Shown: in pieces, positions 51,466 through 64,000 of the stretch | Position numbering within the stretch: the first letter of the stretch is position 1 | How the letters are laid out: each line of letters opens with the position of its first letter | Assembly (NCBI GenBank): GCA_051047955.1 | Contig: JBPGPT010000001.1 | Location: forward strand, 372,001 to 436,000 | From: Cystobasidiomycetes sp. EMM_F5 | Taxonomy: Eukaryota | DNA: 64,000 nucleotides | Direction: 5' to 3' | Notes under the pieces: generated by a model | What the model was told of the DNA's origin: nothing | The model's database searches: none | What the model saw: only the letters and a program-made list of their open reading frames with translations | Translations under genes and position numbers: made by a program

Positions 51466-54400
51466 ATGGCGACTCTCGCAGGCAAAGCTCTGCCATGGTC
51501 ATCTAAGGCATACTTGGGACGCTCGTCGCTGACAGCGCGACCCCTCTCGACCTTGCGACAGTCTGGCCGAGTCGCTGAAGCAAAATTTATTGCGGTCAAC
51601 AAGACTGCAAGTTGCCTACATTCGCAGAGCCGTCGAACTCTGTCATACACCTCACACAGGTACGAGGCCCGAGTGGAGTCTGGTACGCTCACCTCACCCT
51701 CCGACCTGGCCCGAAAATTGTCGGAGCAGGTCCTTCCTCGCATACCCCGACCAGACGTCAAGAAGGTCCTGGTAGTTGGATCAGGCGGTCTTTCTATTGG
51801 ACAGGCAGGGGAATTTGATTATTCTGGTACGTCGTTGTGTGATCTCTCCCATAAACATCACACCTCGTCACGCTATGCGACTATCCTTATCGACTCGATC
51901 AATGTCCGATCGCTCGTCGGACGTCTCTTTGCGCTTGATTGCAGAAGATGAATAAAAATATGGAACACATCGCTGCGTTCTTTCTGAGAGCACTTACGCT
52001 CCTGATGGTCTAAAGTGCCGAAAGGTACAAGGATAATTTGCGCCTGAAAATACAATCAATCACCAGCTCGATTATTTACCCCTAGCATCAGCCCTCGAAT
52101 AAGACAACTGACACGCTCATGCTGTTGTAGGTTCCCAAGCTATCAAAGCGTTGCGAGAGTCCAATGTAGAGACTATTCTCATCAATCCGAATGTGAGTGT
52201 TTGCCCGTTCCGCTTTCAGAGACAGATGTCTGAATGTACACTTCCTTACAGATTGCAACGATTCAAACGTCCCATCACCTTGCCTCTGAGGTATACTTCC
52301 TGCCAATCACTGCCGACTATGTGGCATATGTCATTGAACGCGAGCGCCCCGATGGCATTCTCCTAACTTTCGGCGGCCAGTCGGCGCTGAATGTGGGTGT
52401 CCAGCTCGACAAGATGGGTATTCTGGACCGTCTTGGCGTCCAAGTGCTCGGTACACCCATCCGTACTCTCGAGGTGTCCGAAGATCGAGATCTTTTCGTC
52501 AAAGCTTTGAATGAGATCGAAATCCCGGCGGCTCAGTCAACAGCCGTCTCATCCGTCAACGACGCTCTCTCTGCCGCCGAGACTATCGGATACCCAGTCA
52601 TTCTTCGGTCTGCCTATTCTCTCGGTGGACTTGGATCAGGTTTTGCAAACAATCCAGACGAGATGCGCGATCTGGCTGCAAAGTCGCTCTCGCTTTCCCC
52701 GCAGGTCCTTATCGAGAAGTCCATGAAGGGCTGGAAGGAGCTTGAATACGAAGTTGTTCGAGATGCAGCCGACAGTAGGTACAGCAATTGGCAGTGTTGA
52801 GGACAAAAGCTCACATCTGAATGTACAGACGTAATCATTTGTTGCAACATGGAGAACTTTGATCCACTTGGTACACATACAGGCGACTCGATCGTCGTAG
52901 CTCCTTCGCAGACACTTACAGACGATGAATATCACATGCTCCGATCGGCAGCTATCAAAATTGTGCGACATGTCGGTGTAGTTGGCGAATGCAACGTCCA
53001 ATACGCATTGAATCCACACAATCGCGAATACATGGTCATCGAGATGAATGCACGCCTGTCCCGTTCGTCTGCGCTGGCATCCAAGGCGACAGGTTACCCA
53101 CTGGCGTATACCGCCGCCAAGATTGCTCTAGGCTATACTCTACCCGAATTGCCAAACGCCGTCACCAAGACGACGACCGCTTGCTTCGAACCATCGCTAG
53201 ACTACATCGTCACCAAGATTCCGAAATGGGATCTGGCCAAATTCCAGTATGTCAACCGAGAAGTCGGGTCTTCGATGAAGTCTGTCGGAGAAGTCATGGC
53301 TATCGGCCGCAACTTTGAAGAGTCACTGCAGAAGGCTGTTCGACAGGTGGACCCCAAGTTTGCTGGATTCGACGCGTACGTTCAGCCCGAAGACTTGGAT
53401 CACGCACTGTCCGTGCCTACCGATACCCGTCTGTTCGCTGTTGCGTATGCTATGCTCGTCAAGGACTATGATGTTGAAAGGATTTATGAACTGACAAAGA
53501 TTGACCGCTGGTTCCTGTACAAGCTCGACAACATTGTCGTTGCGAACCGCGCATTGAAAGCTGCTGGATCTCTAGCCAACGTCGATGAGCACATGATGCG
53601 CAAAAGCAAGCGATTGGGTTTCTCCGATAAACAAATAGCAGTCTTGGTCAACTCGACGGAGGTCGAAGTCCGAGCGGCACGAAAAGCGATGGGCATTACC
53701 CCCTTTGTCAAGCGTATCGACACGCTTGCTGCGGAGTATCCTGCCGATACAAACTACCTCTTCACGACTTACAACGCTTCAGAGCACGATGTCGCCTTCA
53801 ACGAGCACGGTACGATGGTACTTGGCAGCGGTGTATACCGTATTGGATCGTCGGTCGAATTTGATTGGTGCGCTGTGACATGCGCCCGCAAGATTCGTGC
53901 AGCCGGAAGGAAAGCCATCATGATCAACTACAATCCTGAAACCGTTTCTACCGATTTTGACGAGGCGGACAGGCTGTATTTCGAGGAGCTGGGCTGGGAG
54001 CGTGTCATGGATATCTATGAGCTGGAAGGTTCCGAAGGAGTAGTAGTAAGCGTCGGTGGTCAATTACCGCAAAACATTGCACTTCGTCTGCAAGATAGCG
54101 GTGTCAATGTCCTTGGTACAGATCCCAAGATGATTGACTCTGCCGAAGACCGCCATAAATTCTCGTCTATTCTCGACAAGCACCAGATTGATCAGCCTGA
54201 ATGGGTCGAAGCGACGACGCTGGAGGCAGCTACAGAGTTTGCTGAACGTGTTGGCTACCCTGTTCTCATTCGACCGTCATACGTTCTCTCTGGAGCGGCC
54301 ATGAACGTTGTATGGGACGAGTCAACCCTCACTCACTCGCTCAGTGCTGCTGCCGAAGTGTCGTCAGAATACCCTGCAGTCATCACCAAGTTTATCGATA

Positions 54401-55499
54401 ATGCAGAGGAGATTGACGTTGATGCTGTAGCGCACAAGGGTAAATTACTCATTCATGCCGTTTCTGAACACGTGGAAAACGCTGGTGTACACTCTGGCGA
54501 TGCGACATTGGTCCTTCCTCCATTCTCGCTCCAGTCGGACGACATGGCACGGCTCAAGGAGATTGCTGAAAAGGTCGCTGCTGCGTTCAACATTTCCGGT
54601 CCGTTCAACATGCAAATTATCCGTAAAGCGTCCAGTACACCAGGCGAGCCTACCGTACTCAAGGTTATCGAATGCAATCTCCGGGCATCCCGTTCCTTCC
54701 CCTTTGTCTCCAAGATTCTTGGCACCAATTTCATCGATGTAGCTACTGCTGCCATTCTCGACAAGGATGTCCCTGAACCTGTTGATCTGATGAAGGAGGA
54801 ACGCGACTATGTAGCCATCAAAGTGCCACAATTTAGTTGGACGCGTCTTGCGGGTGCTGACCCGTTCCTCGGCGTCGAGATGGCATCGACCGGCGAGGTT
54901 GCTGCGTTCGGTTCAGACATCTACGAAGCGTACTGGGCATCCCTCCTCTCTACGACTGGTTTCAAGATTCCTAAAGCGGGTTCAGGCATGCTCATTGGCG
55001 GCGACGTTACGAAACCTGAATTTGCCAAAGTCGTCAAGACGCTCTCCAATCTCGGGTTTAAGCTGTTCTGCTCCAATTCGCAGGTGGAAGCGTACATTGC
55101 AGACATGGGCCCGTATGTTCGAAAAGCCAAAAAGATCTTCTTCCCTGCAAAGGACAAGCGAAAGCTGCGCAAAGTGTTTGAGGAGAATGACATACAGTGC
55201 GTTATCAATCTCGCAAAGTTGCGTGGACGGGATGTCTTGGACGAAGACTATGTCGCTCGTCGAAACGCAGTAGACTTTGTGAGTGGTTTGCCGAAGCACA
55301 GGCATAAAGACGGGATGACTGACGTACAAGTTGGCGCTCGTAGGGCCTTCCACTCATCAACAATGCTCGATGCGCTGCGCTGTTTGTCGAAGCGCTCTCT
55401 CGCAAGATGCCTCTTGGCGCGCTTGAAGGGTACAAGCAGGGCAAAGCTGTCCCGTCTGAAGTCAAGGCGTGGTCGACCTGGGTCCATGGACATCCGTGA
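51466..55499 (+). CDS. CPA2: Arginine-specific carbamoyl-phosphate synthetase large subunit (with mitochondrial presequence)
   Basis: [87 protein letters not shown]; no GATase, DHOase or ATCase domains. Confidence 0.96.
51941..52050 (+). ncRNA. Intronic box C/D snoRNA with two rRNA guides (18S Am436 snR87/U16-type; 5.8S Am43)
   Basis: Box C-like AAGATGA 51945-51951, D' CTGA 51984-51987, C' TGATGG 52003-52008, D CTGA 52044-52047; flanking stem TTGATTG/CAATCAA; guides TCGCTGCGTTCTT and TAATTTGCGC. Confidence 0.88.
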
Positions 55500-56042
55500 A
55501 TACACGAGGAGGCTGTCTATCTAATTCAATCAGTCTAGCAATTTCGTTATTGCCAATTTAAGGCGTTGTAGACTACAGGGCTAGCACAAGCCTTGATTGC
55601 GTGAAAGGAGTATTTTCGCAACTCGCTCCTGATCGTCTCCGCCTCTCGTTATGCGTGTAGCGTAATATGCACCCCCCACAATCTTTTTGCCAGGTGCATA
55701 AACCTATCAACCGGTCGCGCCGGGGGTCTGCAGGCCGAACTTGCAAATTGACCAACAAATTTGCGGAAACTTGCAATTGAACGCAGCGTAGCGGTGGTTG
55801 AGTGAGCGAGTCCATCCACAGCTGTGCAGCACCTCTCCCACTCCATCGAGCAGCTGGTCGCCCAACATCAGTCCCAGTCTATCCGCCACGCGACTCCCCC
55901 CGGTCACCCCGACCGAGCTGCACCTCTGCCCTTCCTCATCGTCTGCCAACTCTTACATCGGAGCATCCACACGCAGCGCACAGCTTAGTCACACTCCTCC
56001 TGGCAGCCGAGCTCGCAGCCCCCGTCTCTGCCATCAGCCACG

Positions 56043-58721
56043 ATGCTCAGCTTTTCCACGTCCGACATGGTCATCCTCGCCCTCGTCGGGTTTGGGGCAT
56101 TCTACTTTATATTCAAGGACTCGCTATTCGCAGGCAGCTCAGCCGGACCAGCAAAGCTCGGAAATGGTACAGCAAACGGCAAGATTGGACCCGCTGGACC
56201 GCTCGGCGCTGGAGCTGGCCAGGGATCCGGTGTGCCGTCGGGTGGGAGGGATCTAGCCAAGAGCATGAAGCTGGCGGTGAGTGGTCGGTGTGGGCAAGGC
56301 AAGACGATGCGGACATGTTTCTGACGAGCAGTTGTGGCCACTGCGCTTTTTCGATTCTGTGCCTCGATTCAGAATAAACGCATCTGCTGCATCTATGGAA
56401 GTCAGACTGGTACGGCAGAAGACTATGCACTCCGCATCGCCAAAGAGTGCAAGTCTCGCTTCGGATTGAGCAGTCTGGTCGTTGATCCTGAAGAGTGGGT
56501 GTCAACACCAGCACCATCTCGCAAATCGTTCTGATACTATTTCTGCCTCAGTTACGACTTTGATACTCTGGACGAAATACCAGAAGACAACGTGGTCGTA
56601 TTCGTGGTAGGTACAGCGCGTTGTAGAGTCGAGGTGAGTTAATTCGGCTGACACTTCTCCGACGACTAGGTCGCAACGTATGGCGAAGGTCAGTCTGCTC
56701 ATTTTTGTATTGTATTCTTCTCATTCAACACATCGTTAACCTGCTGGTGCGATCTGCAGGGGAGCCGACAGACAATGCCGTCGAATTGATCAACTTTCTA
56801 AAAGAACCAAACTTTGCTTCTGGCGCAGACAGACTTGACAATTTGCACTATGTCATCTTTTCGCTCGGCAACAGGACGTATGAGCATTTCTGCGCTGTAG
56901 GCCGACAGATTGACGAACGTCTGGCTGCGTTGGGTGCAAAGCGGATCGGAACGCGCGGAGAGGGTGACGACGACAAGAGCATGGAGGAAGACTATCTCGA
57001 GTGGAAGGATCCCATGTTTGAAGCTCTCCAGCGAGACATGAACTTTGAGGAAGGTGGTACGGGCGACGTTTCCGATTTCCAGATTACGGAAATGGAAAAG
57101 GAGTCTCAAGATATGAGCAAAGTCTTTTTGGGAGAGTTGTCGCAACGTGCACTCACAAATTCGCGTGGCGTCTTTGATGCAAAGAATCCATACCCTGCTC
57201 CTCTCATCTCGGCCAAAGAGCTCTTTTTGGCTGGCGACCGAAACTGCGTCTTTGCGGAATTTGGAATAAAGGACTCGGGTATACGCTATCAGACGGGCGA
57301 CCATGTTGGTGTATGGCCGATGAACCCAGATGCAGAAGTAGAACGACTATTAAAGGTCCTCGGCATGCAAGCCAAGCATGATACCGTTATCGATGTCACT
57401 TCTCTCGATCCCGCACTCGCCAAAGTCCCTTTTCCTACGCCTACGACTATCGATGCTATCTTCCGCCACTACCTCGACATTAACGCTGTTGCATCACGTC
57501 AAGCATGCGGTGCACTCGCTCGATGGGCGCCAGAAGGCTCCCCTGCGCGTGCACAATTGGAAAAGTGGGGATCCGATAAGCAAATCTATCACGCCGAAGT
57601 TGCAGAGAGGTGTCTCAAACTGAGCGAAGTCCTCATGGCTGCTAATGGCGAAGATTACAAGGCCGATCCATTCACATCACAAGCTCAAGTCAAGCCATGG
57701 TCTATTCCACTTGACCGCATCATCTCACTCGTCCCGCGCCTTCAACCTCGATACTACTCCATTTCTTCCTCGCCCAAGTTGTACCCTGACTCTATTCACG
57801 TCACGGCGGTTGTGTTGAAGTACCAGCCCGGTGAAGATGGAAATAAGCACGTCGCCGAAACAGCCAAATACGTCTATGGTACAGCAACAAACTACCTATT
57901 GAACCTCAAGATGGTCCAGTTCAACGAAAAGGCACGCTTGGAAGCGCAAGGGCAGACGACGCACAATGACGATAAGCGAGATCATGGTGCGCCTGGCTAC
58001 AGGCTTGAAGGACCGCGTGGCAAGTTCAAGAAGGATGCAGGATACTGTATTCCCGTTCATGTTCGTCGCTCCACTTTCCGCCTGCCAACGAGTCCAAAGA
58101 TTCCGGTAGTCATGATTGGTCCGGGTACAGGAGTCGCACCTTTCCGCGGTTTCGTACAAGAACGCGTAGCGTTGGCGCGTAAAGCAAAGGAGAAGGATGG
58201 ACCTGACGCACTAAAGGACTGGGGCGACATTATACTCTTTTACGGCTGCAGATCACCAGAGACAGACTACCTGTATGAGCAGGAATGGCAGGATTACGCA
58301 AAAGAGCTGGACGGAAAGTTCAAGATCTTTGTTGCGTTTAGTCGTGTCAAGGGACAGCCGAAAGTTTACGTTCAGCAACTCATCTCAAAGGAACGGGAAC
58401 TCGTCAAGGATGCTATTGTTGGCAAGAAGGGTTACGCTTATATCTGTGGAGATGCAAAACATATGGCAAAGGACGTCGAGGAACTTCTCAAAGAGCTGCT
58501 CGCTGAAGCCAAAGGCGGCACAAAGAAAAAGGAGGGCGAGGCAGAGTATTCTTTGCTCAAGTCGCGCAACCGAGTGAGTGTGATGTGCGAGGCTCACTTG
58601 GCATATCGACTGATGTGTCAATGATCCGTTTTCTCCCCTAGCTTCTCTTGGATGTTTGGAGGTATGGCGTTTTGCTTGTGTTCCCATGTAAAGATACTGA
58701 CTGTCTGCTGTTTCCAGTTAG
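56043..58721 (+). CDS. NCP1: NADPH-cytochrome P450 reductase
   Basis: N-terminal anchor; YGSQTGTAE, ATYGEGEPTDNA, PRYYSISSS, MIGPGTGVAPFRGF, YICGDAKHMA, C-terminal DVWS*. Confidence 0.96.
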
Positions 58722-58922
58722 TCTATTCGTTGGCTGTCACGAGCTTGGTTCATCGTCAGGACGAGAAAAGGGGCGCTTACGACTTACGCAGCTAGAGGGC
58801 GTTGTTATGCACGTATATCGCAAGTTCCGTTGTGTTGCTGTCAGTATGCAAACTGCGTGAAACCATTAAGTTCCGTTGGTCGCTGTCAGGGTATGCCCCA
58901 CACCAAGTCTTAGAATCGACGA

Positions 58923-60409
58923 ATGCACACATGCGGGCGTTGCCGGCTCCCACTGACTTTACGGACGACTGCTGCATCCGAGAGTCTTCTCAGTGTGCGG
59001 GAGTCCACTTATGACTTGCTGGCAAGCCATATTGCGACCGCTGCTGCTGCTGGAGACGTCAAGGGCCTGCGAACTGCCGAAGACCGGGCATTCTACGAGC
59101 TCGCATCTGGCAGTTCTGCTGCTGCGACCCCATTGCTGCCTGGCAGAACAGTCCCTCCACTCCCAAAGCCTCATGCCGCCAATAACTCTGCAGCTGCTCA
59201 GCAAGCCTTGTTTGATGCGTTAAGCGCACAGTCGGAAATCGATTTCCCACTATGCACAGACTGCGCTGATGGTGAAGAAGCGTCTAAAAGGCTACCCTTT
59301 GTCATCGCTGACATTCCCCTGCCGCAGCCTGGTTTGCGCAATTAACCAAGGCGAATGACGCGCGTAAAGAGGAGCGCAGGGTACTACAGCAATACGAAAA
59401 GGACGTCAAGGAGAAGCAGAAGGAATATGCAAATTCCGGTAATGACTTGGAGAAAGAGACGCAGCGACTAAAGGAAGAAGAAGAAGCTTTGATTCGAGAG
59501 CTCCTGGAGGCTGAGCAAGAGAAGGATGCTCTTGATGAAGAAATGAGACAGCTCGACGCTGACGAGAAGCAACTTGAGGAGGAAGAGTCGCAGTAAGATC
59601 TCTAGGCTTGCAGTCTAATCGATAGTTCTTGACACTGTTATTCAGGTTCTGGCTTCAGCATTCTCGCTATCTAATTGGGTACAATGCGCAAGTGCAAAAG
59701 TCAAGATCCTTATTGCATTCCTACAACAGCACGCTTAGTACTTTGGAGAAGCTCCAGCGCACAAACGTGTATGCCGATGCTTTTAACATTGGTCACGACG
59801 GCGGTCTAGCCACAATCAATGGCTTACGACTCGGCCGGTTACCCTCTGTGCCTGTCGATTGGACAGAGATCAATGCGGCGTGGGGATGTACGCTCCTGTT
59901 GCTCAAGACAATCGCTCGCAAGATTGGCTGTGAAATTGTTGGGTACCGTCTAGTACCGATGGGTAGCTTCTCCCGTATCGAAAGATTGTCTCAGCAGGGT
60001 GAGAAGAGCACGGCTTTAGAACTGTAGGTCTACTGTCATCAAGAACAACTTGCAAAGTTCTCACCCCACTGCATAGCTACGGCTCTGGAGACTGGGCCCT
60101 CGGAAGATATCTCCTCAACAGACGCTTCGATGCGGCGCTCGTGGCTTTCCTCGAATGTCTTCGCCAGGTCATCGATTTTGCTGAGGAGCGAGCCATGGAA
60201 CAGAATGTAGACTTTCGTATACCGCACCAGTAAGTCTTGCAATGCGGAATAAGCATTTCAGGGTGGACTGATGGACTCTGTGTAGTGTGGTGAAGGACAA
60301 GATTGGCGATGTGAGCATTAAGCTAGGCAATAGCGACGAAGTCTGGACACGCGCATTACGGCACGTCCTGCTAGACTTGAAAATTCTTCTGGCGGATGCA
60401 GTGCGGTGA
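58923..60409 (+). CDS. ATG6: Autophagy protein Atg6/Vps30 (beclin)
   Basis: N-terminal CGRC, IDFPLCTDC, coiled coil, RTNVYADAFNIGHDG, INGLRLGRL, WTEINAAWG, WTRALRHVLLDLK. Confidence 0.95.
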
Positions 60410-60585
60410 CATGCGCGCCTCTTGGAATGCATGCTATGAGCCCTACGCTATGAGCGGGGACGAACATCTAAGTAGATGTTACTGCTGTCGTTGTATCGTC
60501 GATTTCTTACGCATCACTCGTTGGGTCACTACTAATCGCATGTAACAACACAGCGGGAAACGTCTGCAGAGACCGCTGACACTGA

Positions 60586-63500
60586 TTACAGGGAGCCTAA
60601 AGCCTGCTTATAAGCATCCTGCGCTGCCTGAATAGCTTCTCCAACTTTGCTTGTTTCTGTACCGATGCCTTGTGCACCATCGTCCCGTCCACCCCCTCTT
60701 CCGCCAATCACCTTGCTCACTGTATTGATCCATTCCTTCGCATTGAAAGCTTTGCTCACATCCGATTTTGGCAGCAAATTGCAATGAATTACCTTGCCTT
60801 CATCTTCGTCCACTGAGAATAGGTATGCTGCGCGCTGATACTGCTTGGTAACGTGCGACAGCGCAGTTTGTAACGCTTTTGTATTGCTACCGACATCGAG
60901 CTGTTTGACGCAGACCCGGGCGTTTGGATTCGATTCAAAGAAGGAGGTAACAGCGTCGACAGCTTCCTTGCCGGCAGCCTTCTCGGCAGTACGGCCTTCT
61001 TCGATAATGTCCTTCATGAGCTTTGTATGAGCGTCTCGCAATCTATTTTTGCGGATAAAGGAAATATCTTTCGAGTCGATGCTCTGAAATGAGGTATCTT
61101 GCGTCAGCTAACAAATGCCTGCTTCGCAAGGCTACCAACCCACTAATAAGTATCCCTTGGCGGCTTTCTCGCGCTCTTTGCCCTTCAGCTGCGTTATCCG
61201 TTCCAGCTCATCTTCACAATCTCGGGCAAGATGCGAGGCTTCTCGCGCATCAGAGCCGGTGAAAGCAATGACACGCCGGACGCCCTTGGCGATGCCGCTC
61301 TCCTCAACCACTACGAAATCTTTAATGTCGCCCGTAGTATTTACGTGGCTGATCGAGTATTCAACCTCCAATCAGCCTAAGGTTCAAGGTATGTACATCA
61401 AGGCGATAACTCACGTGCCACCACAGAACTCAACGGAGGTTTGCCTCCACTTCGGATTGGAGATGTCTCGGGCAATCTCGTCGATATCGTATTCCAGCAC
61501 AACCACCCTTACCGGATCAGGATATGCTTCACCGAAAACTGCGCGCAAGCCTGGAATATCACGGGCAGTCTTCAAAGGCAGATTCTTGCTGTGTACTTTG
61601 ACATTCTTCTTGATCCATTGGTTGCATATCGCTTCAATCTTCTCCATTTCTGTCACCGTTATTGGACCCTTGTGTGAAAAGTCAAACCGCAGCTTGCTTG
61701 GGGCTACTAGAGACCCTCGCTGATCAATGTGGTCTCCCAAGATCTCGCGAAGAGCGAAGTTCAAGATATGTGTTCCAGTGTGGTTGTTGCGTATAGGCCA
61801 TCTTCGAAGCTGTGAGAGTTCGTCAGCAATGGGTGGTCCGCATGACTTTGCTGTCCTTACCTCGTCGTACGTGCATGTCACCTCATCTTCCAAACTGATC
61901 TGTCCTTCCTTCAATGTACCAACATGCAATACGTAGCCGTTGAAGACCTGTACGTCCTCCACCTCAAATTCCATCTTACCGTCGATGGATATGACACCCG
62001 TGTCGTATTCTTGGCCGCCTGACTCGGCATAGAAGCAAGTCTTGTCGAGAATGACACCGAACGGCTTGCCTGAAGTGATGCCCTCTGTCGACTTGTGGAA
62101 AGCTCGGCCTTCAAAAATGGCCTTTACCTTCGCAGAGATGTTATCCTTGCCGTACTTGGCGCCATCATCTGTTCTCGGTACATCGGGGTTCTTCTCCAGA
62201 GCAGCAATGTCGTGCACGTCCAAACGAACAAGCTCTCCATCGGCCTTCTTTGCAATACCTTTGCTAGCCTCCTTACTAGCAGCCTGAGCAGCTTCAAACT
62301 CCTTCTGATTGATCTTAAGCCCTTGCTCTTCTGCCATGATTTCGGTAAGATCAATGGGGAAGCCGAAAGTATCATATAATCGCCAGACATCTTTACCGCT
62401 CAGCACCGACTCGCCTGCTGCTTTGGCTTTGCTGGCATATACATCGAAGAGTTTCTCGCCGCGATCCAAAGTCTTTGCGAACGCCTCCTCTTCTTCGTCA
62501 AGCAGAGTCTTTACAACGTCCATATTCTTGCGCAACTCCGGGAAGAAATCGCCCTGGGAAAATCGTTAGGGTGCAATTTACTCCCAGTGGTCGTAATCAC
62601 GTACAATCTGCTCAACGAGGGTGGGTAGGAGGGTTGAAAAGAAAGTACCAATGGGTACGCCAAACTTCTTGCGAACATATCGAGCACCTCTCCGCAGTAC
62701 TCGCCGGAGCACGTACCCCTGTCCGATATTGCTCGGCACTCCCCCATCAGCAATAGCGAATGCAAGCGTGCGGACGTGGTCCGCTACCACTCTATAGGCT
62801 GTATCTATCTCTCCAGCATCTTCTGCTCCAAATTTGCCGCCGTATGGACGCGCACCCGTCAACTCCTGGATCCGTCGCAACAAGGGTTCGAAAACGTCCG
62901 TGTCATAATTGGACGGCTTGTCTTGCAGAACGGATACTAGACGCTCGAAACCCATGCCGGTATCGACGTGCTTGGCTGGCAGTTCCTTCAAGGCACCGTT
63001 GATTTCGCGATTGTATTGCATAAAGACAAGATTCCACACTTCGAGCACATTTGGGTCGTCTTGATTGACCAAGTGCGCAGCGTGTCGACCTCCAATACGG
63101 TCGTAGTGGATTTCTGAGCATGGTCCGCAAGGTCCGGACGCTCCCATTTCCCAGAAATTGTCTTTGGCGTTGCCTGGCAGAATGCGATCTTCTGGTAGAC
63201 CTAGGTCCAGCCATAATTGCTTACACTCCGAGTCGGGAGCTAGATTCTGCTTGGGGTCGCCTTCGAAGTACGTCACATATAGACGTTCTGGATCGATGCC
63301 GTACACCTTAGTGAGCAGGTCCCAGCCCATTTGCATAGCCTCTTTCTGTCAAAAAAGAAAGGTGATTCTGAGTAAGTCACTAGTTTGATGCTCATGAAAA
63401 AGAATGCCCGCCTTAAAATAGTCGCCGAAAGACCAGTTACCAAGCATTTCGAAGCTGCCGTATAAAGTCAAAGCGTGAGTAAGCCATGAACGGCATTTCG

Positions 63501-63948
63501 TTCGATGGGCGTACGAGGTGTGATGATAACTGTCCTTCCCGACGTCGTCCAAATCTATGGAATGCACTTGATCATCAGCATTCATTATGATATCGCGACA
63601 ATATTCCTACAGACCGTTATGCTTTCCGCCTGCTCGGATACATTTTTGACTGTTTGCTGCTCGTTTCAGCTTGCCAAACTCCGAGTTTGGGTCAGCGATG
63701 CCCAGAAAGATAGGTTTATACTGTCATTTGCGAGTGGATTAGCCGGTTCCAGACGAGTCTAGGTGTATGCTTGCTTATCGTACTTGGCACATCCCACTGT
63801 TCACAAACAGCAAGGTAGGGTCGGCCAGCGGGATGACGCTTGACGACGGAACGAACGTGTGTCCATTTTCCTTGACGAAAAAGTCGATGAAGGTGTTGCG
63901 AACGCGCGTAGCGGTCCAGTCTATCGGGGCGGACGAAGTTGATGCCAT
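60586..63948 (-). CDS. ALA1: Alanyl-tRNA synthetase (may extend upstream beyond the window)
   Basis: [71 protein letters not shown]. Confidence 0.96.
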
Positions 63949-64000
63949 CCTAGCGACAGATTTATGCGCGAAGCGTCTGATAAGCGCTGGTTGTAGCGAC

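Noticed and set aside
48554..58721. PAL and P450 reductase as a phenylpropanoid gene cluster
   Set aside because: They are separated by CPA2 and flanked by housekeeping genes; no P450, CoA ligase or PKS is in the window

Overview
Gene-dense, intron-rich fungal DNA with short (~55-80 nt) GT-AG introns and CTRAC-type branch points. The protein content suggests a basidiomycete, probably a Pucciniomycotina yeast (inference). About 28 protein-coding genes can be supported. Most are housekeeping: vigilin, VPS26, ATP11, RPL39, LTA4 hydrolase, an Est1/SMG6-like PIN protein, a UAA transporter, a SIRT4-like sirtuin, ArfGAP, a multi-RRM protein, AsnRS, MTO1, CPA2, P450 reductase, ATG6 and AlaRS. Metabolic extras are a XylD-like sugar-acid dehydratase, a divergent histidine phosphatase, an alpha/beta hydrolase and PAL. 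No mobile element, tRNA, rRNA or CRISPR was recognised. The most notable locus is the arginine-specific carbamoyl-phosphate synthetase LARGE subunit gene (CPA2). Its leader holds a spliced 24-codon uORF (MLYQHVQFTREDYLSDHHFKSRAA) in exact register with the arginine attenuator peptide (AAP), which I know only from small-subunit genes (arg-2/CPA1). Its first coding intron hosts a complete box C/D snoRNA with two guides, predicted to target 5.8S A43 and 18S A436 (yeast numbering). Other items the ORF track misses are a 63-aa four-exon microgene, an XRCC4/PAXX-like candidate with a duplicated C-terminal module, and structured intronic/intergenic RNA elements. All family calls and exon models were made by eye; no database search was run.
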